Source of the DNA: Chlorokybus atmophyticus
Lineage: Eukaryota; Plantae; Mesostigma and Chlorokybus algae
Reading direction: 5' to 3'
Assembly (NCBI GenBank): GCA_009103225.1
Contig: RHPI01002438.1
Span: 1,060,755 to 1,124,754 of the forward strand
DNA: 64,000 bases
Numbering within the stretch: the stretch's first letter is position 1; every line of letters begins with the position of its first letter. The notes under the pieces were generated by a model. That model was not told the DNA's origin, did not search any database, and saw only the letters and a program-made list of their open reading frames with translations. Below are positions 1-13,300 of this stretch, in pieces. The translations under genes and the position numbers were made by a program.

Positions 1-569
1 CCTCCATATGCTATTGGGCCAGTAAAAGCACAAGAGAAAGTATAAGTATAAAGAACAGGTCCACGCACATCACGTGCAACGCATGCATTTACTTAAAAGC
101 AGAGCATGTAGGCTGTGGTGGCGTTGTTGACAAAATGCGTGATGATGTGGGTGTTTTGCTGTGAGCTTGATGCATAAAGTGTTATCATGGATTCCCATAC
201 CCTGTGCTGCATAGGCAGCCTATGATGCATGGGCAGCCTGTGATAGGCCATGCTGCTTAGGCTGAGCATCACACATGAGCCACAACGGACAGTAGTCAGT
301 GACCGTGTACTAATGTAAATGCTGTCAATGCTTGCGTGGTTTAATAAAGATAGAATACACTGCCTGTTTTGGCGCAAGCCAACGCGCGCCGTTTGGTGGG
401 ATCCGCGAACGCCGACGTCGTTAACATTGTCGACCACACCGATGTGGCCACACATCCGCTGGACGGCGGCGTAGCGACCTGTGTGGCGTGAGCCATGCTG
501 GTGTACACCTGCTTGTGGAGGCGTGCGCCACTACCGTTGTTGACGAGCGCCGCCGTCCTTAGCTAAGGC

Positions 570-2831
570 ATGGTAGCAGGTGTGTCCAGCGATAAAGGAG
601 CACGACAAGGAGCAGGAGGAGAAAGACGAGCAGGAGCAGGACGAGGATCTCATCCAGGGACAGGGTGCTGCCACGCATGCAGGCGGCGTGTGCGTAACGA
701 CAGGCTGGTGCGCTGTCCGCAGGTGGGGCCGGACGTACCGCTGAAGGAGAGGCACTCGCCCTGGTGCTTCCCATGCGTCCGCCGCCTGCTCAAGCAGAGC
801 CCTCTCTTTGCCTCCGCAACAAAAGGTGAGACACTCAACTATGCAGCCTAGTGAAGCCTGCTTGCTGATTTGTAACTGAGCTGAGCATGCCGTACGCTGT
901 GCTGTAAATCAAGCTGTGAGCATCACAGCTTGATTCACTGGCCAGTGTTTGCATGCGATGCTGTTGGACCAGTTTGAACCGCAAAGACTTTCCTGGTAGT
1001 TTAGACGCACGCAGGCTTTTCTTGAGAGCAAAGCAGCATGCAGCAGTGTAGGCAAGCGCATACGACCTTACGAATGAGATGGACAACTGTGGTTGCGCAT
1101 GCACGCACACGCTTGCAATGCATGGTTGCTCGGTAACCAGTGTTGCTGCAAAGGTGGTAGCTTGTTGCTGGGTCTGAAGTGTCATCTTGCAGGTTGGCAA
1201 TGTCCTCGTTGCGGCGGTCACGAGTGTCCATGTCCAGCATGCACGCGGCGACGCAAAGACAAGCAACAGCTGGCTTCTCTCAGAGCAGCAATTGACACTC
1301 CCAAACTTGCTGAAGCAGCAGCTCCTGCTGCTGAAGTGAGAACCCCAGACATCAACTTGCCATCGAACACAACGTCACCAGGTCTGTCATCGCCCGAACC
1401 TCTTCCACCATCACCGCCACGCAAACGGTCACAGCTGCGTTCGAAAGCGTCCGACAGCAACAAGAGCAGCAGCGAGAGTGGGCGAACTGGAGTTCTTACG
1501 CGTTCACAGTCAAGAAAGGTGTGTCTGTGGAAAGCTGAATACTGGATGCATCCCGTGGAACATTTAGCGCAGAACGTATGGTCTGTGTGTTTTGTGTGCT
1601 GCAAGAACGCACTCACATTCCATTCCTCGTTCTCTTGCAGTTACAGCCGGAGAAAGGGCTTTTGCACCTACAAAATGGAGCTGGCAAGGAAGGAGCAGCA
1701 GAGTCCAACTCTGAGCCTTTCCCACCTGAACCGGTCGAACGCAGCATATATGAAGAGGCAAAGCCTCCTACCCGCCCGCCCCGCTCTTCATTGGACTCAT
1801 CTGCATGGGAGCAGTGGCGTTTGAGCCCAACACCCGCCAAAGTGCGCACGCTGCCCAATGCAAGAATACGAGCCGTTAGTGATACAGACACAAGTACAGT
1901 GCAGCCAACAGAGACAACATCTCCTTTCAAGGAGGTCCCCGCAAACGAGCCTTCTGCCTCGATGCCAAGCCCATCAGATGACATCAACATAAGCGATGCA
2001 TCCATTCCGTCTTCAACGCAAAACATATCAAATGTTTCTGCTGCACAAAGCCCGAGCAAGCGGGTCAAGTCAATAAAGGACAAGCCAAGGCCATCAACAA
2101 AACGGAAAAGGGTGGGCCGAGTTTACTTTTGACTCCTGTACCAGTGCAACAATGGACTGATTGTGCTGCAGTTTCAGGGTGTTGTTGATGGTCCTGTTGG
2201 CCCGCGCGTGTTGTGGACGCCTCCCAAGTCGCCTTTTGGCTTGATACAGGAGCAGCTGTATCAGGACCCTTGGAAGGTGTTGGTGGCCTGCATGCTTCTG
2301 AATAAAACCTCCGGCAAAGTGGTATGTGGCGTTCGTTGTTTTGTGGATACACTATGAAGTGTGGCTTTGCTGTCTCAAGTTACGCAGCAATCTCAGTGTG
2401 TCTTTTTCATGTGCTTTGTATTGTGCAGGTTCATCAGGTCATATGGAACCTGTTCAAGATCGCACCAACACCCGAAGCGACGGTAAAGCTGCCGGTTGAG
2501 ACCATATCAGAGGTCATTCGTCCGCTCGGGTTGTACAACATCCGAGCCAAGTCCATTAAGCGCATGTCTGAAGATTACATAAAGCGGGACTGGACCTCTG
2601 TGCTGCAGCTGCATGGTGTTGGAAAGTAAGTTTTGCAGCATTTGCGCCCGTTTTGCTTTGGTTGTTGTCCAAGTACACCGTTACAGTTCTGTGGCGTTCA
2701 GGTATGCTTCGGATGCTTATAATATCTTCTGTGAGGGTCGATGGCGTGAAGTGGACCCCGATGACCACATGCTGAACAAGTACCACGAATGGTTGAAGCA
2801 GACGGACGGCTATGGTTGCGGGTATCAGTAG
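570..2831 (+). CDS. MBD4: MBD4-like HhH-GPD mismatch DNA glycosylase with an N-terminal zf-4CXXC_R1-like zinc finger (6 exons)
   Basis: Phase-consistent GT-AG exons: 570-825, 1193-1518, 1641-2111, 2172-2321, 2429-2625, 2702-2831. The C-terminus has MBD4 motifs [56 protein letters not shown] and [10 protein letters not shown]. The N-terminus reads CHACRRR..C..WCFPC..WQCPRC..CPCPAC across intron 1. Confidence 0.9.
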
Positions 2832-3942
2832 GCGTCATAATGACTAGTGCGATTGTTGAGTTTGGATGATTTCTTGTACAGATGGACTGCAGGTGCGCTA
2901 GCTTAATGCTTCCCACGGCAGCCGCTTGCCTTATAGATAATACCTGCATTACGTGATAAGAGTTACTTTTTATTGTTTAGTTGGAGAGTAAGCAGTTGCG
3001 CCCAACTGCAAGGTATGGTTGCCATTGTCGATACAGTGTTGTGATGCTATCACCTGAACGCAGTGTGTTCTTCTTATGTGACATGTGACCGAGACTATCA
3101 TGCACTCACTGCGCCCAACGGTAGTGCATCGTCTTCTGCTGCTGCTGCTGTGTCATCATCGTGATTAATCAGTCAATGCCGCACCTCCTGACACAATTGG
3201 CGCCTACTTGGCAGTAGGCCCCTAGCCAGTCCTCTGGTGCATACGGTTGTACATATTAATGTTTGGTTACTGGCTGCTTTGGGCGTGCAAATGCATCCGT
3301 ATAATTGCGCATATGTGGCTCTGCTTATGGCACAAACTTGGTGTGGTCCAGTCTATGTTATGAAAGAAGCCTCCTACTTAAGAGGTGATAGTTCAATTAC
3401 TACATCCACTGATGATGGATCGTGTACACTAAAGTCATAGTTGCTTGTGATGTGTATAATAAATAGAGTTCAAGGATTGTGGCATGCATGAGAGTGTGAC
3501 ACACACATGCATGAGCAGTCGACTCACCACATTATGAAGCACTCTTATTAACCGCCGGGCTGCCAACCTAGCTGCTACCTACCTTCTCTGTGCTCGAACA
3601 GCTGATAGTTCGTGAGATGTGTGATTCAGTTCGTTGCATACAAGTGTTGTTTCCTATATGGAACTTCGTATATGGAACTTCTTGTAGGGTCTGGGATGCG
3701 CACAGTTTGTTAAACTACACGCAACTGTGAGTGTGCAATGTAATGTTACTGCAGCGCCTAATGCAACACTAGAGGGAAAGTGCAGTCAGGACGGTGTTTT
3801 GTATGCACAGATTGCATTGTACAGCTTTTCAGTGACCATCAAAGACCAAAGTTGTGCACAACGGCGATAGTAGAGGCAGCAGACTCAAATAAAAGTGGAA
3901 AACGGTTTCTTGCTGTAAGGCATCCAATATTTTACTCGCGAG

Positions 3943-4660
3943 CTATGACGGCAAGACCTCTCCAGTCTTGATAAGGTACCTGACCTTCTTGCCATTCTCA
4001 TCAATCTTGTGCGCCAGTCGTGACCTGATCTGCTTGTCTTTCGAGTAATGCATCACATTGGAATGATGAATTGGGGCAGCAATGCTGAGGATCTGACCCA
4101 TCTCTCCCTCCTTCGCCGGCTTCGAGTGCTTCACCTTCAAGTTCACGTCCTTGCAGACAATCAGACCCTTCTTCAGCAGCACCTGTTGCTCACGATCAGA
4201 CCACGCTTCAGCACAAGCACACACTAATGAATCAATTGAATAACAACTGCAGCAGACGCAGCCGAATTGCATAAGAACAATCTTGGCTATTATATTGGAT
4301 ATTCATCATAATGACACGCCCTACGTTGCAACATAGAAACAAAGCACAATTCAGCTGGAGCTCGTGTTTGCAGACCCGTACCTTCTCGACTTCGGTGACC
4401 TTGCCCTTGTCCTTGCCAGCGGTGACAATGACGGTATCGCCCGTCCTAACATGCATTGGCTCGCGGATGGCCGTGCCATTGTCGTTAAGCTTTGACCTCT
4501 CCCACCTGGCGGCCATGGCAACAGCGGGCAAGGGGCGAGCAGGGGCGGAGGAGGGAGCGGCAGCAGCCGCCGACCGCAACCTCACGGCATCCCCGCCCAA
4601 GAATCCGGAAGACAATGCGCCCCCCACCCTCACTCCAGCTATCGCCCCCATGGCCGCCAT
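3943..4660 (-). CDS. RPL24: Plastid ribosomal protein L24 (uL24c), nuclear-encoded with transit peptide (2 exons)
   Basis: Exons 4660-4382 and 4182-3943. Sequence MHVRTGDTVIVTAGKDKGKV (KOW motif), VNLKVKHSKP..EGEMGQI..APIHHSNVMHYSK..RSR..K. Ala/Ser-rich N-terminal extension. Confidence 0.95.
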
Positions 4661-4825
4661 TGCCGCCAACCCGCACGCCAACCACGCCGCCGCCAAGGCT
4701 AGGGTTCCGCCACGAATGACTTTTGGCTGGGATAAGACCTAACGTTAGCTATAAAGTATGTGTTCAGTGAGCACAATGCAAGCACGGCTTCAATTCACTG
4801 ATCCTGCTGACTCAGTGAACCACCC

Positions 4826-6301
4826 ATGTCCAGGCGAAGTCGGGCGGCGGCGGCGGCGGCGGCGAGGGGTTTGCCGTCGCCGTCGGAGTCGTGGGAGGGG
4901 GTGAGGGTAGTGGCCGTGACCAAGGACAGGCCTTACGCTAAGCAGTGGCGGTCGGAGGGCGCTCTTGTGGTGCTTCATGGAGGAGCGGATAGTGAAGCAG
5001 CTCAGCCGTCTCGCCTTGGGCTGAGGCTCTCTGCCGCTGCTGCCATTGCCGCCGCCGCTCTGCATGCCAACAGCGTCACGCACGCCTTCCTTCTGGACGC
5101 CTCAGACCTCGTCAAGGAGCTCCCTGCTGAGCAGGCGACCCGTGGTGGTCCTGGTCCCGTCTCTAAGCCTGTGAGATAACAGCCTAGCTCCAACTTATAT
5201 ACATGCAGACAATCATTTTTGTCGATGATGTTAAGCAAGCATGGCTGTTGTACACACAGCTTGCTTTGCAAGCATTACAAACTGAGTTACGAAAGAACAA
5301 TGTCGTTGCAGCTTTGCAAGTGGCAGACACCCACAGTGCATATTTGCATGGATGCTGCTTGCTTGCTTGCTTGCATGTCGAAGTGTTGCTAACGTGTGAT
5401 AAGCGCTTAGTGTCATTCCCACCAGTAACTTCTTGAACCCATCGACCGTTGTCTGTGTTGTCCAGATTGGAAGGGTTCTGTCCAAGTTGAACCTGACCGG
5501 TGCGAGCTATGTAGCCGGTGGTGGAGGCTGCCCAGTGGTTATCAAAGCGTTGGATTGGAGCACAGCAGGCTTGTTGGTCTTGATACAGCCCGTGTTCCAT
5601 CGCGGCATACGGGCTGGTATGCAATACAGCACGCACCTGGTTCCTGAGTGCTTATGTGTCTTGATAACAACATTGCCAATCTTCTCCCTTTTGTGCTTTG
5701 TGTCCCAGATCAGGACATTGCGGCGCAGGCTGAGCAGTGTCGTGTGCACGCGCTGTTCTCCAGCGAAGCATTATCGAAGGCTACATCGCCTCAGCTGCAG
5801 ACTTTGCTTCCGCATGCAACCATTGAGGTGACTTGTGTTCAGATATGCCCTGTGTGCTTACTGGCTGGATGCAGATTCGTGCAGTGTGCATGCTCTAGAC
5901 TGGGGTTGGGTAGTGCTTAGGTAGGGTGTGGAATCCAAGTTGTGATGTGGACACGGTTGAGTACTACAAGTCAAGTGCATACGACAGTGTGATGTGGTTG
6001 TAGTTTGTGGATTGTTTACAGTTCAGGTTTGAAGGATGCATTCACGACCGGATTGATATGTTCTATCCATGTATTGTTTGTGCAGGTGCTGGATGGCTGC
6101 AATGATGGGCGAGTAGCAGCGCATATTGCACAGCTGCTGCTTGCGGAGTCGACAGAGGGCAGCGAGGGCGACAGCAGCTTGTGGTTTGCTGAGGTCAAGT
6201 TTTCATTGAATGCATTTAGTAAACAGATGGAGCAAACCATTGTGGATGCAACCCCACAAATGTCAATGGCGCTTGGCTCATATTCGCATGTGCGCAGCTG
6301 A
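4826..6301 (+). CDS. Hypothetical multi-exon protein, weakly alpha/beta-hydrolase-like; 3' end uncertain
   Basis: GC-rich start at 4826. In-phase exons at about 4826-5169, 5466-5617, 5710-5827 and 6086 onward with GT/AG borders. No recognised family motif. Confidence 0.5.
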
Positions 6302-7063
6302 TCCACTTGTGCCAAAAATGCTACTGCTGGCAAATTGCATGTGAATGACACGAAGGCATCCTCATAGCATAGCTTTTCCATAACACAATACAGGACACAC
6401 GGTGGTCGAGTTGATGAGTTGTTGTGCTGCTGTTAGCTTGTATGTGAACACGGCATGTGTTACATTTGCATGCACATTATACCAGTGTGTGTGCTTGACC
6501 ATACAAAAGCAGCACCATGATATGTACGTTGCTGCACATGCTGTTGGTGTCGGGTACCGCAACAGACCTCAGCGGAGGTTCATGCGCGGGTGGAAGGGTG
6601 TGGAATGCGCGGCGGTTGATACCTTGACTGCCTAGAGCTGTTGTACAATGTACGAGTTGATCTTGACTAGGTCTGGTTGCATGATCAATGCTGGGGGCAA
6701 CAGTGGCACTCCCATTGCGAAACAAAGATTAGATGTTATGATATGCACCTCTCAGGTAGCTCCGAACCTGCCCACAGTCTATGCTGCAATGCGCATTTGA
6801 CTGACGTATCCGAGGTGTACAGAAAATGAGATGTGGGTATGCCCATCGCGATAGTACAGTATATGCCGCAACTGTGGAGAAGTGCGCACCAAGAATATAC
6901 ACAGTGGCATAGCTGGCTCACAGGCGCACGACATATCACAGCCAAACCACACAGTGCATGCGCGTCTACATGCCAGCGCTCTACAGAGCGCAACCCATGC
7001 TTAGGGTAAACTTGATTCAGAACTTGATCAAGGACAAATACACAGATGCTACAGCAGGCAAAT

Positions 7064-8032
7064 CTACTCGTCGTCCTCCTCGCCCTCATCACCACCATCA
7101 CCTCCCTTCTTGGACGCATTGCGGAGGTTCTTGCGCTTGACGCGGCCGGGGCGGCCACCACCGAACGGCGAGGACAGTGCAAAGTCGATATGCTTCTGCG
7201 AGTCGATGCGGACAAGGAACGAGGGCACATCAACAATTTGCTTGCCAACTCGGATGTGGCGCTGGCGGATGAGCACGCGGGCATGGTGGATGGACTTGGC
7301 GAGGCCGAGCTTGAAGACAAGTGTCTGAAGCCGCCTCTCAAGGAAATTAGCTGTGGTCAAGGACAGCACGTAATCGAGCTTGGCCTGGGACTCATCCAGC
7401 AGACCATAGCGCTGCATGCGGCGAAGGAGAGCATCTCCCTCAAAAATACGCCTCTCGTCCTTCTCGTCCAGAGTCAGCAGCGTACGCGCAGCATTACGGA
7501 TGTGCGACAGCGTGTACTGCACGCGCCACAGCTCACGCTTGTTGCGCAGACCGTACTCGCCGACCAGCTTCAACTCGGCATCCAGACGCTCCTTCTCGAA
7601 GGGACGCCGGGGCTTCTTAAAGGTTTTACTGACTGTAGCCACCCACAAGACAAGTCAATCACCAAACGAATGCGTTACCAACGCATCAACAATGCAGCTG
7701 AGGACACAGGGGCAATGCCTATGGGTTGGATCCCTAGACTGCTGATGAGCGAAGGAAGACGAGCCTCTGGCAATCAAATCCCAGCAAGGCACATTAAGCA
7801 ACGCTAGCTAATGCAGTACCAACAGGAACCCCTTGAGTTAACAGCAGGTATGCACAACATGGTCACACCCAACTAAGCCGCGCACACAGCCCACGCAGAC
7901 GCACAACAACGGTGACGCGAGCGACATGGCGGACAACCGCAACCACGGATATGACAACAACAATAACAGCACACCAACGACCGCCACCAAATTCAAGCAC
8001 TCACAATTTCGGTAGAAGCTGATCTTCACCAT
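7064..8032 (-). CDS. RPS9: Cytosolic 40S ribosomal protein S9 (uS4) (2 exons)
   Basis: Exon 1 8032-8005 (MVKISFYRN) is spliced in phase to exon 2 7632-7064 ([39 protein letters not shown]...[12 protein letters not shown]). Confidence 0.97.
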
Positions 8033-8133
8033 CGTGCCCGGTAATCCGCGGCGCCGGCCGCCTCACCCGCCGCCGCCGCCGCCCACGTCGCCGCCGCACC
8101 AAAGAGAGCACACCCAGGCGCAGGTTGCCGCCT

Positions 8134-8143
8134 AAAACCCTAG
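8134..8143 (+). promoter_or_regulatory. Telo-box (AAACCCTA) in the RPS9/IMPACT divergent promoter
   Basis: AAAACCCTAG lies between the two start codons. The telo-box is a known element of plant ribosomal-protein promoters. Confidence 0.6.
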
Positions 8144-8270
8144 CCGCCGACCACTCACAATCGCTACCGTCCAATATATCCTACGGCGAAGATGCTGAAC
8201 AGGCTCGACCGATCGAGCTTATAGATTGTTTGGGGTTTGGAGTGTGTCCGGGACTGGTTTGGAATAGGCT

Positions 8271-10372
8271 ATGGCCAGCGGCAGCGGCGAGGTCGTCGTC
8301 GTCGGCGGTGGCGGCGAGAGCAGGGAGGTGCAGACAGAGGAGCTGCAGGTTCTCCAGTCGATCTACGGCGACGACTGTGAGGTGGATCTGGAGGCCTTCT
8401 CGTGCAAGGTGGCGCTCGCAATGCAGCAATCGGCGTGCAAGCACTCCACAATGCATGCATGCCCAAGCCTGTCATCATGCACCACTTGTTACTCAGATAA
8501 GTGTGCTTGCAGCTTGGTGTCGCTGATACTGGTCTGGTGTTGAGCGCCCATTTACCTGTTGACTACCCTGCAATTGAGCCGCCTGTATTTCTGCTGGAAG
8601 GCGCTGCTGGTGCGTGTGATGAGTTCGTGCACGACGAGTTCTGCTGGTGCGTGTGGTGCGTGGTGCACTATCTTGAAGAGTGTTGACATGCATGCTTGTT
8701 TTACCTCAGATGACGCCAAGCGCGAGTGGGCCTGCTCCCAATTAGAACAGCTGTACTGGCAAACCCCTGGAGAGGTGGTCTTGTTCAAGTGGGTGGAGTG
8801 GCTGAAGGTGAGAGCAGCGCTGCAGTGATGCATCAGTGATGATATACATGCGACTGCTTGTGCTTGTATCAGCAACTTGAACACAATAGCTGTTTTCAGC
8901 AAAGCAAGGCAGGTCGCTGAGCAGTTGTTGATACAGTCTGAGTAGAGAGGGAGCAGGCAGGCCACTTATTCGCATGGCCACCACTAAAGCCTTAGTCGCA
9001 ACAACAGCTAGAAACTAGAAATGCCATGTCATTTTGGTCAAGTGATGCCAGGGCACGTGTGGTAGTGGTGGCTGTCTTGGGTTGTTGTCTCTCCTTCGAG
9101 TGTGGTGGAGTCAACAAGGTGCAGCCCTGGTGCACCCTTGTTGTGCCGTTTGTTGACAGCAGGTTGTGGCAGTAGTGGTGTTAGTGACTCACGTTATATT
9201 CATTCACATATCTTCATATATGCATGCAGTCATGTGTGCGTGCTTTCAGCTGACCTATAGTGCTTGCATGTTCTGCAACAGAGCGAGCAGGAGTCTATTG
9301 CACGGCCAGCACAATCAGCCAGTGCGTCCATAGCTACCAGTGTTGCAGCACCACTTCAGCAGCATGCTGATGACTTTCACAAGTGAGTCCATGACCCCAG
9401 CTGCACCAATACGGCATAGCTCTGACATCAGTGCCTCGCTCTCGGTCTCACACAAGTCTGCGTTGCAGAGTTGTGCAAACTGAAGAAACAGCGTTGAAAC
9501 TACAACATGAGGCACAGAGAGCCAGCAAAACCCTGTCATCGAGTATCAGCGTCTTCCATGGTGAACCTTTCACTGAGCGGCGCAGTAAGTTAGCGCTGTA
9601 CTGTGATAACCTCGCAGCAGGTTCCTATTCCACATGTCGTGCCATGCTAGTGTGCTTGTACCAGATTAGCACTGTTGCGGGACTACAAATGATCTGCATC
9701 CAACTACCAGGCACGTTCCAAGCCCATGTGGCTGTAGTGAAGAGCGTGGACGACGTTCAGCTCGTTATGAACGAGTTGATGCAGAATAAGAAAGTTGCTG
9801 CAGCCACTCACAACATCATGGCATACAGGATTAAGCTCGAGGGCCGTAACACGGTAAATACCTGGCTGTTGTGCGCCACACAGATGGCTCCCTAATGCAG
9901 CTGTGTACATTGCCAGTGCTTAAGCAGGTGTACAGCCTCCAAACTCATGATGTTTCTCTGTGTATGCAGTTTGCTCAGGACAGCGATGATGATGGAGAAA
10001 CTGCTGCTGGCTCTCGCTTGCTGCATTTGCTACAGATCACCGATGCGTGTAACGTTGTAAGTGACATTTTTTCTTCTGCTGTTGCCAGTCAGCATGTGTA
10101 AGTTGTTCCCATGTGACAGAATTGATATCCACCTACAGTGTGTGGTAGTCTCCCGCTGGTATGGCGGCATTCTGCTTGGACCTGATCGCTTCAAGTACAT
10201 AACAAATGCTGCGCGCGACATTCTGCAACAGTTCGGTATGCTGGAAGGCGCGGGAGAAAAGGACAAGTCGCGAGGCATGTGTTGGCACTTTGTAGTGTAC
10301 TCATTGATGTTTATGAGGCATGCTGCTTTGACGCTGTTTCTCAATGCGTGTACTACAGGCAAACGGAAGTAG
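8271..10372 (+). CDS. IMPACT: IMPACT/Yih1 homolog (RWD domain plus UPF0029 domain), multi-exon
   Basis: RWD: EELQVLQSIYGDD, LPVDYPAIEPP, GEVVLFKWVEWL. UPF0029: FQAHVAVV, ATHNIMAYRI, DSDDDGETAAGSRLLHLL, VVSRWYGGILLGPDRFKYITNAAR. Confidence 0.93.
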
Positions 10373-13300
10373 TAGCATTGAGAAGCAACACTGGCAAGCG
10401 CTGCAGGATAGCGCTGAGGGTGCACAAGGCCGCACCCTGCCCATCAATTGTCAAGCTTGCCACATTCTGGGTAAGCATTCGTGTACAACATGCAATGAGT
10501 GGTTGGGTGCTTTGTAGAGTTTTTTGTTTATTGGCTGTGACATTTGTGGGCTTGTCACAGGTTGGCCAGGGATCTGTCGGCAAAAGGTAGAAAATGGCTT
10601 TCGATTACTCAAAGTGGTAACAGCTGCTCTGTTTTGGTGCACGATGCCTTCCCTTAGTCAACTTGACTGTTGATGATTGCCTCAGAACTCCGCGAGTCTA
10701 GTGTCATTTTTGTTGAGAGGCACTTTTCAAAAATACCCACGTGCTTGTAAATTGTGCTAGTGCAGTCTGTATCGACAAAGCCTGGCGTTAATGTTGCTGG
10801 ATGCTGACTGGTGTCTTGCGGTAGGAGTAATCAACGGTGCCACATTGCTATTGCAACGTGTGTGGATGATGGATGCTGCAATGCCATTTACTTCACTGTG
10901 ACTGCGATTGTATGAAAGCACTTAGCAGCAAGCTTCCATTGAAGGCTATATAACAGGTCAGGTGTCGGCGACTGTCTGCCAACCATTGCAGCTGTGCCGC
11001 TGTCATCAGCCCAGGCCGCCAGCAAGGCTGCAGTAGTATGAACTTTCTGTTGGAGATGGGGGCAGCAATGTGCTGGCTCTAGAAAACCATTTCTCTTAGA
11101 TAGTTGAGATCTTGTCTTTATGAGATCCCGCAGTAACAGACCATGAAATCATCCGTTCTCTCCTACATAAGGGTAGGTTTTAGCATGTTGTACGACAATT
11201 ATATTTTTCTTGATGTAAACTATATACACGGCATTTGCATACAATACCACCAGGCATGTGCTTTGAAGCGCGCGCAATGTGTGATGAGGTAACATCAATG
11301 CAAGAGCACAATCTCTTGCAACCAGGTAAGAGGCATTGCCGGTATTGAGTTTTACAGCGAGATAGATTGCAACGAGGTTAACTTGTAGTTACATTGAACT
11401 GCACTACATTACATCACAATGTAGCTACGCTTTATATTAACAAAGTTATCAAGTCAACGGTGAGCATTTCCAAGAGTATGTACAATGGTTGGGATAAAGA
11501 AAGATTACGCTAAGAGAACAGATTGCGAGCATGGGACAATCATTGAATGTGCGCGGGTAAATATATGTTCAATAATGGATGCAACAAGACCTTGCATTCA
11601 ATTAAATTAACAGCAGTCCACAATAAAATATAGCAATCGCCAAGTCCCACAATATTTCCATTTATACTACTCAACAATGACTAACTTAACATCTCTTTAA
11701 ATGGCAAGGTTGTTGATGAATTTGCAACCCGCAGCACACGTCATATGATAAGCAAGTTTTTTTGCCGATCAATTTTATATGACATTGGTGTTGTCGAGCC
11801 TCCATACACAATAATTCTGAACACCTGGCATGCTCCACTGCTGCCATCCTTGTTCAATATATTGTAAAAGCTTATTGTAGACGCGGGCTTTGCGCACATT
11901 ATCACCGCGCATGTAGGCTTGGCGTAGTCATTCTCTATTCTCTACTCATATGAAAAGGAAAACAAAGGACCAATCATCAACATCTGTGATGCATGGCATA
12001 CGTGCTTAAATGAGTATTTGACGTCCATGTTTATGAGCTTTGTACATAGCATCACACAAAGGCATGATTGTGAGCTAGCGCAGAGCAAGTTAATGCATGT
12101 GGCCATATGAGCCTCCGGTGTTGCAAACAAAATGCAAGATCCAATGTTTAATATATGATTAACGTCCCGCTTTGTGATAGGTGCAATAAGCTTAGCACAT
12201 GTGATAACTTGTCGTTAAACTTGTGAATACATGCGTCTGTGGGGTCGTCGTCCAAGTCCTCCAAGTCCTGCTATGAGCCCGGCCTAACATCCCACGCCTG
12301 CTGTCACGCCTATCAGGCTGGCGAATGTCATTCTCGGCATGTTACTTATGTTATTTAGGAGGACCAAGTGGAGATTCCGATTTTCAAGTTGTGTTGTGCG
12401 TAACAATTGTGTTCATGCGGTCGTGTTCAAGTCTCTTCACAAGTCATGGGCATAGTATTACACAAGGCATTGATGCGAGGCTAGCACAGAGCTGGTCAAT
12501 GGCTATGGCATGTATGCCTTTGTTATTGTAAAATGAGGTGCCACAGAAAGTGGCAGTTACACGATTGTGAGCCAAGTTGGCAAACCACATGATATGTATT
12601 GTGATAGTGCGATTTGCCATTTATGTGACAATTGCAAGGCAAGTGGTGCCTATGGTCAGTCTGCAAGTACATGTGTACCAGGGGAGCCTAAGTTTGTGGT
12701 TTCAAGGTAGGAATGCTACTTATACAATAACCCGAGGTGGTTTGATACTCCCGAGGTGGAGTTTGTAGGTGCCATTGTTGGCACAAGGTCAGCGCATAGT
12801 GACAAGGTCTGGATGGCTTTGAAAATGTTGTGTGCCAGGTCGCGCGAGCAGCATGTGGTATAAATGCTAAGTTGCATCCTTGAGTAGGCATCCGATCAAT
12901 GTTGATAAAGACATTACTATGTGTTTGCCTTACAAGAGGGCCACTTGTCACAAGCAACCTCACGCACGGTGCGTGAGATGCCTGGTTGTTAGCTGTTGAA
13001 GGGGCTCTCCCCCTCATCCCTTGTGGGGTGGGGTGTTGTGGTGTTGTGCACGTGGGTATTGTGGGTGTGGGTGTACCTGGTGTCGGAGCTGTGTGGAGAG
13101 GTTGGTGGACATCCTCTCCGCCCTTGGTGCCAAGCTGTAACGTCCCCTGCAAGGTGCTGCATCGGTGACGCTGATGGGAACATCTGTACGTCCTCAGTGT
13201 TTGTGCATAGGTTTGTCAAGCCCGACCAGCAAGTAAGTAGTGGTAACATCACACTAGCTACGCAAGTGGTTTGCCTTTCTTGCCCGCTTCTCCTTGCCCC

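Noticed and set aside
93-497. Possible minus-strand gene starting near 497, divergent from MBD4
   Set aside because: GC-rich start, but no convincing splice chain or motif within the window.
7046-7807. 253-aa plus-strand ORF
   Set aside because: It is the antisense shadow of RPS9 exon 2, caused by strong codon bias. No independent motifs.
7633-8004. Intronic snoRNA in RPS9 intron
   Set aside because: No clear C/D or H/ACA boxes with terminal stems were found by eye.
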